Translations under genes and position numbers: made by a program
Notes under the pieces: model-generated
What the model was told of the DNA's origin: nothing
Database searches by the model: none
Seen by the model: only the letters and a program-made list of their open reading frames with translations
Shown here: one piece after another, positions 39,560 to 53,736 of the stretch
Layout of the letters: every line of letters begins with the position of its first letter
Numbering within the stretch: position 1 is the stretch's first letter
Assembly: GCF_000150275.1 (NCBI RefSeq)
Contig: NW_002060944.1
Location: forward strand, 8,642,159 to 8,706,158
Length of the DNA: 64,000 nucleotides
Direction of reading: 5' to 3'
DNA from: Trichoplax adhaerens
Lineage: Eukaryota > Animalia > Placozoa

Positions 39560-39900
39560 TTAGATGTCAGATGCTCGGGCTCATGGGCTTCTATCGGTGC
39601 AGTAAGGACTGTCCGTCCGTACGTTTGGAGTAATGCGCATGCACACGATGCATTGATCTATAGTAAAACATGGCTTTAGGTAACAATTATAGCAGACACT
39701 CACATTCCACCGCTGTTTTGAGCAGTAATCGTAGGAACAGCTTAAGGTGTTGGTGGCCTACACCACGCTTGTACAGGTATTACTAACATATTGGTTACAA
39801 TGGAATGTTTGATACAGTAGTCATCCGTTTTCGAATCCAATACGATAGGAGAAGTGATGCTAAAACATCGGGAAGATCACGGTAATCTGCCTTGTAGGAA
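39560..39900 (-). promoter_or_regulatory. FMC1 promoter island with NRF1-like site
   Basis: GC-richer segment upstream of ATG 39538. TGCGCATGCACA at 39634-39645 is an 11/12 match to the NRF1 palindrome TGCGCATGCGCA. Confidence 0.55.
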
Positions 39901-40440
39901 CTGCTCCAAAATGTTTCCTATAGTAAACATGCAATTCATGGTCCGATTGATCATTAATTAATGAATTAATTATATTATGTAATTATGGTTAATTTAAGAT
40001 GGTTGCTTGAAACTGTCCCAATGTATTTCCTACAGTAAACATGGAATTCATGGTCCGAATAATCATTAATTAATTCATTAATGAATTATGGTTAATTTAA
40101 GATGGTTGCTAGAAATGGTCCCAATATATTTCCTATAGTAAACATGCAATTCATGGTCCGATTAATCATTAATTAATTATATTATGTAATTATGGTTAAT
40201 TTAAGATGGTTGCTAGAAACTGTCCCAATATGTTTCCTATAATAAACATGCAATTCATGGTCCGATTAATCATTAATTAATGAATTAATTATATTATGCA
40301 AATATGGTTAATTTAAGATGGTTGCCAGAAACTGCCTCAATGTGTTTCCTATACTAAACATGGAATTCATGGTCCGATTATTGGTTAATCAATTCATTAA
40401 TTATATTATGTAATTATGATTAATTTAAGATGGTTGCTAG
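39898..40440. repeat. Tandem array, 5 units of ~103-112 bp, upstream of FMC1
   Basis: Anchor CATGGTCCGA at 39938, 40049, 40152, 40256, 40368. Each unit has TTTCCTATAGTAAACATG, an ATTA/TAAT-rich core and GGTTAATTTAAGATGGTTGC. Confidence 0.95.
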
Positions 40441-42799
40441 CCTCTGGACGGTTGGTCTAAATAAATTCACTTCCGTAGTGGCATTTCCACAGACAAAGCT
40501 TACAGTCTGAATATAAGATAATTAAAAAATGATGATTTCACAACTATTTGCTAGTAGTAAATTAACAGGTTGCAAGCTTATTACAGTACAGCTACATTGG
40601 GCTATGGCGGAGAGGTAGATACATATATATACTGAGGGATAGAGTAGATATTTTGTAAGTAATTCTCAGATTGACGACGGGAGCTTAAATGCGACGATTC
40701 TTGTAGACTACAAATTGGAGTAGAGAACACTCATTTAGTCGGGATGTCTTCCACGAGACGCGTAAATAAATTGAGATGTATCTATAAAAATCGATCCCAG
40801 CAATATTCTAAGTTGAATCGCGAATTTACGTACATCTTTCGAATGATGGCATTTCGCATTTACTACTAATCTTAATAATCTTAATAAACCAAATGTGGCA
40901 TTCTGTGGTAATGTTGAGCGATTATTAATAATAATAGGCAACTAAAGCGCTAAAATTTTTTTTACTAATATTATTCCAGAGTTAAAGTAGGTGCAAATTA
41001 ATTTTAATGGTGATCTTACTGATCTACACATAGGTGCTCACATAACGCAAATCCTCAATCCTCTAGTCGGTAATATATGTGAAGATGGCTCGCTTTTCAC
41101 GAGCCACTTTTGACGACAATTTTTTCTCTCAAGTATGATCCGAAGTATTATATGAATAACAAACGACCGTAGTAGATATATTGTATGGCAGTAATGTAGT
41201 GATCTACCTCATATTTGTACTCTATTGCATTTATAGCACTATTTGATATAGTTAGGTTTCTGGGAATAGATATTATCGTCATACTAATATTGGATGATTG
41301 CTAATTACTATACTAGAAAATTATCGATTACGAATATTTGCCAGTTAACTACTTACGGTACAAGATTTATGTGATTAAAGATACTGAAATTGTAAAGATA
41401 CCCGTACCTTTCGTCGGACAATAGTAGAATAATGATATTTTAAGCAGATTGCCTTGCCCTGTGAAATACAAAGGTGATCTACATTCGTTTCTTAGTGGAA
41501 AATCTTCTGCTTGGTGACTCAATTCTGATTGTATGCAACTTTGTCGTGCTAAATAGTTTAAGCGAATTGCTTTTAAGAACCACGGAGATGAGCTCGAAAT
41601 AGATTTCACTCGAAAAACTTTGGAACAGATTCTTATTAGTATTTAATTACTGCTCCGCTATTCTGAAATTTTGTAATAAAAACATTTTTCTTAAATTTAC
41701 TGTTGATAAAGATTATTAATATTGCAGTATTTTGCGAAATGCCCTTATTACAAGTAAACATAGCAAAGCCCGGTCAAATATTTCCCTGCAACGGATACAT
41801 TGAAGTAAAGATAAAATTCTCAATGAAATTTATCCGAGTATAACAAGTACGACTATATCAGTTCAAAACTGAAGCAAGTAAATTTTTAATATATAGAAGA
41901 TCTAGTGTGCTTTCACTTTTTGACAATATTTCCGTTTCAGCCTGTCAATGAAACTGCTACATGAATTTGAAAATTTCATCCATTGAGATTTTAAAATCAA
42001 GTTTTAATGAGACATGGCAGCAATTTAGGTGGGTTTAGACGTTAAATATCACTTCTAGAGGTAAATGGGCATCTGAAAATTGTAAAAATATACGAAGATA
42101 TCTTCGAAGACGATACATTTGTGATTCTCTACGAATTTAAGCGAACATAAATCCAAATGGCTATTCCATAGCATTGTAAAGCATAGAATAGTTCTACTTC
42201 TTCCTGTGCATTCAGTTTCTCATCCGTCTGCAAAAATTTAGGGGAGAAATAACTTATTTTATTCATAAGATCAATGAATATACTCTATAATCATGAAGAT
42301 ATAGGTGTCAATTTATCACAATATTGTCCTTTTAGAATACTGTCATGCAGCTGTCACTTTAAACAATTCTATAAATTTTTAGGCAATCAAATAAAAGCTA
42401 GATAATATCGGCAAATACGGCATATTCATCAAAGACCAATAATTGACATATAAATCACGTTATTCGCCTACGTTCGATCTGTCGTATGGTAAGGTCATGA
42501 AAAATAAATTGCATTCAGCTATTAATGAGTATTCGTTTAATATCAGTATTGCGCCTAACTATACGTTTTACTAATATTGTAGGGCCTGTGTATTCTTCCA
42601 TAGCCATAATTTCTTAGAAATGACCGGCATTCGTACGGAAACTGACCAGATAAATTCTTACTCTGCGGAGTTTAATGATTAATTTTTATTAGTAAATTCA
42701 ATGAATTGTTTGATTACGATAGCACACTAGCCTAATAATTTCGATTTGGACTTGCGAAGTTGATAATCTACATGCATAAAGTAGAAGCGGATTTTTTTG

Positions 42800-42918
42800 T
42801 AGTACTATCACGGCCAAACGGAGAGTGGGAGGGAAAAACTATGCCCACCTCTAGTAATGGATATTAAACGTTTGGTGCTGAAAAGCCCGACTACGCCGAG
42901 TTTCGCGGCTAGTACTAT
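42800..42918. mobile_element. Possible small degenerate non-autonomous insertion (~101 bp) flanked by a 9-bp direct repeat
   Basis: TAGTACTAT at 42800-42808 and 42910-42918 bracket a GC-richer island. Terminal inverted similarity is weak (CACGGCCAAAC / GTTTCGCGGC). Confidence 0.25.
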
Positions 42919-45900
42919 AATAAGAAAGAATACAGAACCAGAATGAAAGGCTGCAGTTTCTTCAAATTCCTCTCTGTCCTATTGTAGCTATCTACATTTA
43001 CCACTAAGTACTTAGTGTGTTACAAATACCATCAACGCTCATGGTAAGACGATTTTGTTTTAGAATCGAATAACTGGACTTGTTAAGAGGGTTTATTATA
43101 GAATGTAAGACGAATAGCTATTTAGTTGTAAGAAATATGTCATAGTTGTAGTTACCATTAAGTAACCATTATTACAGTTATTATTTAAAATTTAGCCCTG
43201 CTATCGTAAGGCTTGATAATAGATAGGCGAATAACTGGGCTCATACACTCGTGGAATATACAGCTGGTACTTTTTGTTTATAACTTATTATAACTTATCG
43301 CTAAATTAAATTGAGCAAATCATGCTAATGTAAATGGCAATGCCCTTATATTTGAAATATAAAGGACACATGATAGTTGTAATATATTCTAGAATTTTAG
43401 AATCTATCAGCGCAGTATCTACTTAAATAGTACTTTGCTAATCCAATATGCTTATGCACTCATCGAAATTTCCATTGCATATGTAAATACAAAGTGCTAA
43501 TATAAGTACCCTCTCAATGATTACGAATTAGATACTGACGACAGTGCCGTACTTTACTACGTACTTACTATAGCAGATCTCGAAATTAAAATCATCAGTG
43601 TCAGTAAGCATGAATCAAATCAATTTTCCTGTCGATTGTGCCAATTTTCGAATGAATTGAATCAAGTCTGTATAATACTAGATGTGACTAGTCTCGATCT
43701 TGTACCACGTATACTATGTAAGTCATAGACTAGTAGATAGATAATAAGCACACACTTAGTGGTGTATATGTTACTACAGATTTCAACTAAGAAATCAGCT
43801 TAATAGTCCAAATGAATTCTTAATACTGACTTGTGAAAATGCTTCTTCGTAATGATCTATTTTAAAATTGATCCCATTATACAGTTTATCTCTATAATCT
43901 GAAGGACATTCATAATTGAAAAATCAGCTGATAATCAATCATTCAAAACGTATATTTTAAACATATTTATTCAATTTTGCTGAAAAATTTTTCAACTCCA
44001 TATAATGGCAATCATTCATAATGCTTCAATTTTAATAAAATGTTTTACATTTAGATTGTCGCTACTATAAATTCAATAAATGAAATAAATTTATTCTACC
44101 ATAGTTTGAGGTTGGACCATGATTACAGAAATACCTATCGACTATGATGTAGACTGTTAAGTTGCAAAAGTAAAAGGATGTAACCTGTCTTCCAGATTAT
44201 ACTATATAGTATTTGTTTAATACATATTTTTTGCAAAAGCGTTTATCGAAATTTCTTGTTGTACATCATACTGTACTGTAACAGTTAGAATAAATGCTCA
44301 GTATTTGCAACTAATGTTGGAACTATTGCAAAATTGCGATAGAAATCGTGATATCTTACTTAAACTAACGGCATGGAACTATTAAATGGCGAGTATACAT
44401 GTTATGGTAATTAAAGAGCGATAATTCATTTCCGTATAAAACTCTTATTAATTTACTAAAAATTATACTGCATCCGTGTAATGTATATGTTATACTTAAC
44501 CAATTTTAACTTTTAATCAATGTTATGCTTCATGTTCAGACATGATAGAATTTTAAATTTATTAATTTAACAGTAAAACAAACGTAACACCTGTTACTGT
44601 TATTTTTTTCAAAGCGTTATTCATATTTTAGGCATAGTAGAAATTTTATGTACATTTAATCTTATTTATAAAGTAATTATAGTATACTTTTCCAAAATGT
44701 CGCAATATCTACAACGTTTACCGTGCAATACTTCATCCTATCTGTGAATCTAAATTAACTAGAATATTGCTTTCTGGTCATATAACATTTAAAACACATT
44801 ATGGAATCATGACATCGTTAGCAGTACTTTCAAGCACATACTAGAAACATTTCATTAGATAGTTGTAATACTTCAATATTGCGTCAAGGTATGCGGCGAT
44901 TTTATTATACGTACACATGTTTATAGCATGTGCTACATGCTATATATTGAATGACGAAAAAATCTCACATCATGATATTGTGTAAGCTATCAGAGCAGAC
45001 CAAAAAGAATCAATTTTGGCTATAACCAATGATTACAATTAGCAAATCAAGATTTGTATCGCCAGAGTATGCTTAATACATTAAATCTGAGTTGGATTAA
45101 AATTTGCTTTGTAATACTGAACTTGTCAGTGTGAGCTACAGCTGCTACAAAAGATGAAAGCAAATACCATGCAAATATTACATTCAAATACCTATTCGAT
45201 AGGACACATTAGTATTACTGTATAGTATTTTAATTCTCGTTTCAAATGAATCATCTCCTCATTAAAATAGTTCGCTCGTGTACCGACTATTTATTACAAT
45301 AAAGTATCATAAAATTATGAGCATGCAGCGGCATGTAAATAAATTGGAAATTAATTGTCGGTAATCATGCATCATTAGGTAAACATGATATGACTTTTAC
45401 ATAGGCTGCTCTAAATATCATTATCGCCGCTATTTCACTATTATACTAACTTGAATATTCACGTACAGTAGTTATAAAATTTTAGTGATAATCTTTCAAC
45501 ATTCTACACGCTTCGAACCATTAAAGAGTAACAATTTAATATTAAAATGTGGGGCCTATTTAACAGCTGATTTTCTATACACGAAATTTATTATTTACAT
45601 AGATAATATTTGATACTATTACGGGATGAGCATCACTATTAAAATAATAGCGCGTGCTTTTTATTGAATTTAACCAATCCAATCTGTAAACAGTACTTGC
45701 ATGTAACGGTTTATTCCGATTATTTAACATATCACGACCGGTAACAGTCAGCGTGATATTTATAGCTTCCAATCGATCGTCAAGTATTTCATGAATTTAA
45801 AGGGAAAAGAAAAGTTAATTGCATAATCCACTACTACTGATAAGGTCATAGATGCATTTGTGAACATAATGTATGGTACCGATAGTTCGTACGAGTATTG

Positions 45901-48900
45901 AGATGAATATGATATCGTTTTATTTATATCATGATAGTATATTGCATATATAATATATTACGAAAAGTCATTTTAATATATTAGAAGACTTTTCAAATAA
46001 AAATTATATTTACCGTACTGAGTAAGGAACGACAGATTTGGTTTTTTATCATTGTATGAACGAACGCAATATGTCCATAAAACAGTCAAGCAGGTGCCGG
46101 TACCAGTCAGCGATTTCACGCTATAAAATGTTTATACTTGCTACTGTTTCAATAAGATTCTTTCAGAAGTAACTTAAGAAGTGTATACCAGCATGGAAGT
46201 GAAATTCTAATAGCAAATTATACGTCTGATTATAATTTAATCAATAAAGCTCTAGCAGTCAATGCTATCGAGATCTGTCCCTTCTCGACTTTGCTTCTGC
46301 TAAGGCTAAAGTATAATACGTGACACTGTCCATAAATCAGCAAGTAGATACAAATTTTAAGGTGGAGTTAACTGTTCTATAATAAAAATCAGCGGAAAGT
46401 CCTTTTAATTTAAAAATAGACACGTAATGCATAATTAAATAGCAGCTGTGAGGAGCGTAAATAAATGCATATGTTACTTATGGTGTCTAAATTTATAGTA
46501 TATTACTTGTATGATGATAAAAACGGCAAAGATTTGCGAAAAGTATTCTGTGTTCATGGCGGAATAAATTGCTTAGTTCTCGAGTGCATACTGTACTTGT
46601 GTTCAAGCCTAACATAATTTAGCATCAATTAAGTTGTTAAGATCTTAAAGTCATAAATGTATTGCAATACTTGATAGGCTTAATAAACGCTGCATTACTG
46701 TATGCCCAAATTTGCCCCTATAGCTTTATAACTGATATAATAAAGCAGATATGATAGTTAATAGGGCCATCTGTTGACTGTGATTGCACTTTGTATTTGA
46801 AATATCAGTGCATTTATTTTAATTCTCATAGTATCAATTTCTGTGCTACATATTTATAATATTTATACGAGGAATCTTCTCATTTTGCAAACGTTATAAA
46901 TCTATTCGATCTATAGATTTGTTTAAATTTGTGTTATTTTTTTTATTTTACGTTAATAATTTGCAATTTTATAAAATTCAAAAGTACGTACGAGTAATTG
47001 AGAATAGGCAATAATTTTGCACTGTAGACTATGGGATAAATCGAATAATTCCTTCGTTATGTGAGCCTTTCAGGTGTACCAAATATGAAACGCAAATTAA
47101 ATAGGATTATTTATATGACTGTCCAGATAACATTTAATTGCACAATTACGCCTATTTCCTTTTATTACTTAAATTGCGAAAAGTACTGCATGATTAAATA
47201 CAACGATAACTTTAACCTATTGATATACGCGTCTAGTCTAGAAAGGTCATTCGAAAGCATTATTTCGATACACTGTGTTAATGTGCTGGAAATGTAAATA
47301 CTTTCTATTTAAGGTGCAATCTGATATACTGTAGTTCCTATAGTCAGTATTAACACTTAACTAGTAAAATACGCTAGTGTTGATTAATTTTATTTTATAG
47401 TCTATCGCATATATTAGTAAATAAGCATACAATGTAAGACCAACGGCGATAGAATTTTCTTTCGCTTATTGACTAGTAATTTTTACCTGTTAGATGACAC
47501 CTAAATCTGAGATATTAGTATAATTGTTCTTATTGGTTGAATACCAGTTCGAACAGCAGCTTTATATTTACAGCTTGCGCGATCAACTATCTGGAGCTCT
47601 TGTCAATAAAATCTAGTCCATCAATTAACGTAGTTCAAGCTAGTCTAGTTCAATCATAATTAGACGATAATATTAACAGACGACTAAATGATCATGCCAT
47701 AAATCTAAAAGTCTGCTGTCAATATAAATAAACACATACGAAATCTTTAAATATTTTACAATGAACTCCGCCTTTTACAAAGTTTAAGACTGCTATTGAA
47801 AAATTTTAACTATTAAAGTCCACTACAGTTAATACTAACTCAATATACATCTTTATCTTAAATAATCATGTATTGGATATTTGGGTAACTTTAACAGTTT
47901 ATTTTAAATATTACTGGAGGGGCGATATGCAACCTATACGATACGACTGCTAGTATCGAAATTTAAGAGGTACCATATCTAGACTATTTAATTCGCACAA
48001 ATCCTGAAAGTGGAGGTGGAGTACATGTAATATTTGCGTATGTAACTTTTAATAGCTTTAAAGTTCAATATCAGATACGAGTATATCTAATATCATGAAC
48101 TTGTAACCTATTGCATGCACGTACAACTACGTAGGTAGTTGTAGCTAGAGTGCTTCCTTGAATCAGCCCATTTTTTTTTTATCTTCCACTTTAGTTAAAT
48201 ACGAGCATATATTTACTGAGAAGCCCATTGCTTTCATGAGCAGTTTGGCCATATGGTACTATCTTTTTTTATTCTCTTGATGATTAGGTAATATACTTAT
48301 TTGAGAAAAGAAAGGGAGTGGATTATCATTATAATAAGATAGATTATCATTCTTGATATGGTAGCATCCAAATTGCAATTCGATATTGCAGTAATTATTG
48401 ACACACTAGATACTCGTACGGATAATTACTTGGTAGGTATTTACCAATTTTAATCTGTATGTATCCACATAATGTCATTAAAGGTACAGATTTGGTATAC
48501 ATTTATAATTTGTACCTATTTAAATCTGCTTAAAGTAGATAAATTGGGGTCAAATAGATCAAATCGAATTCTAATTTAAAAGGCTGTTAATCCTTCCAAT
48601 GAATAGACTGGCATATGTGATCGGTGTCGATTTTGGTTCTTTATTATGATACACAATCACTAGCTTGCTGATTTCTAAACTGAGAGCATTTTATAAGAGG
48701 TAAAAAAAGGAAAGCGTTGATTGCATCTCGTGGACGCGTACTCAAATCATTTTCTTCTAACAAGCACATTGTAGCTTGGCTTACTTTCTATCTGTGGGAA
48801 AGTTGAAAGAAGCATTAAGATTGAATCATTACCGGTAACAAGGGGGCTGTAACTATTTTGTTACAATGTAGAACTTCATTGTCGAAGACTGGTATATAAT

Positions 48901-49739
48901 TCATGATAGCTATTTGCATTTTGCACCATCGTATGACAATGTCTATTGAGCCATTCAGCGAACTTGCGATAAGTGCAATTCCATCTGAGCCTCAATTACC
49001 TGCTCTGCATTCCACAATATAAATATGGACTCTTGCAAATGGTATCCATTCGTATTTGTTGTATTTATACAGTATACAGTAAGTTAAACGTGTACCAATC
49101 TCGATGTCCTGTCGATTGTACTGCAGAGGTAGGCGAATTCTTTTACTGTAGGTTAAAGTCCCTGTCCTTATTTCAGGACTTTACCATAAATAAGAGGACA
49201 CACCTCAATTGGATGTCTATAGTCCAAGAAAGACATGAGATGTTAATTGTATGCCCGTATGCGGTTAAGAAAGGTCTAAATTGACCAAGTTAATCTTCAA
49301 TCGTGATGTAATTAAGAAACTACGGGTAAAATGAATCATTCTTAGTCCATATGATAGCCATATCCAAATTAGTCATTTAATTTTTCCTTGCATAAGGTAA
49401 ATGCCCATTTTGGTTGATAATTCATTATTATTGATTTATTTGATTTGTTTATTTATTTTCATTTATGGACCGACTTTAAATATGACACTTTCCGTAGCGG
49501 GGTAAATTACTACCTAAATAATTGTGATTTATTACGCCAGTGCCTTTCACCGTTGAATCGGCGATTGAGGTTGACTGGGACAGTACGGGCGTGCAAAGTG
49601 TTCTCAGTATCAAGGTTGACATGAATGTTGACATTGCTATGCTAATGTATGAATGGCATGCCATCAGTCAGTCGAATCATTGTTTCTTTTTGAATTTAGT
49701 TCATTTTCTGACATTGAAATATATTGGTAAGTAAACTGT

Positions 49740-50776
49740 TGGCCGTTTGGGGCTTGATAGGAGGTATGATTTAGACAGATGGCCTAACCTTATGGACAGT
49801 ATCAGTACTGCTCTATCCAGTCGGCGTCCAAAATGCAAATCAATCCATCAACAATCTATTACGCCGCCATCCTGTACTTTACACTCTACAGTATAGCAGA
49901 GAACAGGATGTTGACTAATGCTGCTGGCATTTTAGATCGATTGCATTGCCTATTTGCACTAGGGGAGCTGGGTTGTTCAACTTGTGCTTTGACGGATAGA
50001 AAGGTTAGACACTTGCTTGCAATGTCTTTCCAGAGGATAGCACTCGTAGGATTGTGTTTTGATCGAGTACTGGGCCGGTCCATTGTAGAGTAAAGTCAAA
50101 CTTGCACCTTTTCTTGCCCCAAAAAAAGGTCGACAACTGTGCCCCCCCCCCCCGCATAAACCGGATTGGGGACTTGTCAGGTTAACTTCCCGCTGGAGTT
50201 AAGGGTACAGTACGTACTGTACCGTACAGTACAGTGTATTCTGTGCAATTTCCACGGGTTTGGCTAGTGAACAGTACAGTACAGTACTGTACCATGTACA
50301 GTACAGTACTGTACCATGTACAGTACATTGTGCACGGTACTGTAGATCCTGTACCGTACCGTGCCGTACCGTGCGTGGATGAAGTTGACGGCAGATGCAG
50401 TCACAAGGAAAACTTTCCTACCCGACCGTACGCCAAGTGTCAATCACTTACGCTCGCCTTGAATACAGTAAGGTACGTTTTAATGGATTGAACAAAAGCA
50501 TCGATTACTAAACCGATTGCTGAATGGCTAATGAGCACGTGTATGTACACAAGCATAGTATACACAGTAACTTGGTGATGATTGGATAACAGGCTCTTGC
50601 CGGCAGACATCACCATGTATAAAAAGAATGCAAAACCAGGTTGAGTCCATTCGACACTTTTTTGATGCGCGGTATTTTTCTACCTGCTGCTGTAAGCTGA
50701 AGATTGCTGACTCCTTTTTTTGAGGGCTTGCTCAACTTTTCTCATCTCCGAACGTTGAAATTGATAATCGATACAA
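49740..50776 (+). promoter_or_regulatory. SLC34 promoter island with poly-C tract, CCAAT boxes and (TACAG)n/GTAC arrays
   Basis: C-run ~50142-50153, ATTGG at ~50165 and ~50581, CACGTG ~50536, TATAAAAA ~50618, and dense ACAGTACAGTACAGTACTGTACCATGTACAG arrays 50205-50375. Confidence 0.55.
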
Positions 50777-53736
50777 ATGTTGCTAGAAGGCGCGGAAGTC
50801 GATGGTAAGAAGGCAAAAAATGGAACTGAAGTCAAATTAGACGTAGCCGAGACGGATATCGTCCTCAAAGTAAGTTTTCTAACAATCAATCAATCAATCT
50901 GTGTTGAATCGACGAGCACAAGGTCGACTTGTACCGACCCATTGATGCCTCGACCAATGACGATACAAACGTCTCCAATCAATCATCTGTACTGTAGTTT
51001 AGTACTGTACACTGTACAGTATGGACTGTTGAGGTCAAGCGTACAGTAGTTTCCAACGTTTACACAGTGCCGCTACTGAACAAGACGCATGTTCTCCATG
51101 GAAACTTGTCTTGTACAAAGCATTTGCAATGGAAGTAGCAAACTCTCACTCTCTTTCTCTCTTTAGGGACCATGTCGTGATGATAGATAGATATATTGAC
51201 CATCGCAGCGTGCAATATTATTTTTACACTATCTAGTCTATTTTGTAGTGTGCTACCATTGGTTTGTCAGTTGGCAAGTGTGCTCTACTCAATCAATAAA
51301 TAATTCATGATTGACAGTAATTCATGAATATGGAAGACTGGTATTTAGTACAGATGAAAGTGGATACTTTCTGAAATTATGAAACTACTGCTACTGCTGC
51401 TAGTTAGGAATGGCATGATTTAAATATCCAATAGCATTGCTTGACCTTGTTGATCTGGATGTGTGTTAAATAACCTCCCTGTATGCACGTTACCATCAAC
51501 CCTAATATAGTTGGATCATGGGGAGGTGAAACGCTATTCATGCTTGTAGAGTGGCGTTTCGTTGGCCATCAAGGAGCATAAGACTATGCCACCATGATGA
51601 CACCGCGTCTTTCAGTAGTGTTTGAATTTGAAAATGATACATACGATATGGCCAGAACATGACCTGGCTTCGATTTTCTGACCTATATAAATTGTTTGTA
51701 TTCTGAATAGACCAATGATAACAATAGAAACTTGATCAAAAATGACGAAAAGGAAGAAAAAGAATACGATCCATGGCAAGCACCTGAATTAGTTGACAAC
51801 TCTCCAGCATGGGCAGGTATGCTAACGTTAGCAATCGACAGTATTGTAAAGTATTACTGAAATATTTTCAATTGAAAAATTGTTTTTGACAACCGTACGC
51901 CTATTAATGAATTATTGATTGGCGGCACATAAAGTAAGACGCTTGCTCAAAACCCTTGCTAACCAGTCAATACTGATATCGGTGCATGTTTTTAATCCTT
52001 TTAAATAGAACTCAACGGCAAGGAGAAACTGCAAAGAGTTGGATACCTCTTGTTACGATTTGTTGTGATCCTTGGCAGTCTCTACCTGTTCATTTGCTCG
52101 CTTAGCTTGCTGTCTGATGCTTTCAGACTGCTAGGTGGTAAAGCAGCTGGGGAAGCGTTAGATGAAGAAGGAATTGTTGCCAATCCCATTGCTGGTCTCA
52201 TGCTTGGTGTACTCGTAACCGTCTTGGTGCAAAGTTCTTCAACATCTACCTCTATTATTGTTACCATGGTCGGCGCTGACAGTAAGTTTTGATAGTTTAT
52301 ATTTTTACCAAATATTATTAGTGATGAAGATGATAGGCGATGTCGCAATAGCAATAGTAATCTAATAATGTGTATCTTCACAATTAGTTTTGACTGTGCA
52401 ACATGCTGTCCCTATTATCATGGGTGCCAACATCGGTACATCTGTTACCAATACAATAGTATCGTTTGCTCAATCACCAAACCGTGATGAATTTCGCCGT
52501 GCTTTTGGCGGTGCCACCGTCCATGACATGTTTAATTGGTTAAGTGTCATTGTGCTATTGCCTATTGAAATAATTACCCATTACCTATATTGGTTATCAC
52601 ATGCTTTGACAGGAAATATTAAAGGAGACAGTTCCGCTAACCAGGACTTACTAAAAGCTCTTACTAGCCCCTTTACTAATCTCATCATTCAACTCGATAA
52701 AAAAGTAATTACAAACATTGCACTAGGAAAGGAAGAATATCTTAATAAAAGCTTAATAAAGGCGAGCTGTGGTTCTACTATAAACATTGTTCCAACAAAT
52801 ATGTCTGTGATACAAAACGTAACTGACCCTAGTACCGGAGCAATCACCTTGGATACGACTTATGAAATAGTCAATATTAGCAACATTGACAAAAAACCAT
52901 GTCATTTTCTTTTTGCCAATACTGGAATGAGTGATCCTGTTGTTGGAATTATTTTGTTGTTTATGTCGATTGTTGTATTATGTGGTTGCCTCATTATGCT
53001 TGTAAAATGTTTACAAGCCTTATTGAAAGGACATGTAGCCAAAATTATCAAGAGGACCATTAATTCTGATTTCCCCGGTAGATGGAGTGTTTTGACTGGC
53101 TATGTGTTCATGTTAGTAGGTGCAGGTGTCACTATCATTGTTCAATCGTCGTCAGTATTCACGTCGACGTTAACTCCTCTGGTAGGTATTGGAGTTATAG
53201 AATTGGAAAGAATGTATCCATTGACATTGGGATCAAATATCGGTACAACGACAACTGGTATCCTTGCAGCTTTGGCTAGTAAAGTCGGCCTTCATAATGC
53301 CATGCAAATTGCTATTTGCCATCTCTTTTTTAACATCTCTGGAATTCTGGTATGGTATCCGATACCTTTCATGAGAAAGATTCCGGTAAAGATGGCAAGG
53401 TTTATGGGTAATACTACCGCCAAATATCGTTGGTTTGCCGTAGCTTACCTAATTTTCGCCTTCTTTATCATCCCTGGTACTATTCTTGGATTATCTTTAG
53501 CTGGCTGGTATGTGCTGTTGGCTGTCGGTGGCCCAGTGGTGCTCCTATTAATAGCAATATTAATCATAAATGTTCTACAACAGCGAAGGCCAAAAGTCCT
53601 TCCAAAAAAACTACGCACATGGGAATGGGCACCGATTTGGCTAAAATCGCTGGAGCCTTACGATAAATTGCTTGGTCGTCTTTGCTTCTGCTGTAAATAT
53701 CGATCTGGCAAGCCTGAGCCTGAAACAAACTGTTAA
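50777..53736 (+). CDS. Type II Na+/phosphate cotransporter (SLC34/NaPi-II family), 4 exons, ~606 aa
   Basis: Exons 50777-50869, 51711-51816, 52009-52281, 52388-53736, in frame. Contains DPWQAPEL..W, both QSSS repeats (LVQSSSTSTS; IVQSSSVFTS), MGANIGTSVTN, LGSNIGTTTT and C-terminal CFCC cluster. The first exon is the least certain. Confidence 0.95.

Noticed and set aside
39898-40440. Repeat/spacer-like periodicity resembling a CRISPR array
   Set aside because: The intervening sequences are homologous to each other rather than unique spacers; eukaryotic context; no cas genes.
52082-53666. Antisense and alternative-frame ORFs within SLC34 (similarly 3899-4129 within SLC46)
   Set aside because: Shadows of the real coding exons.
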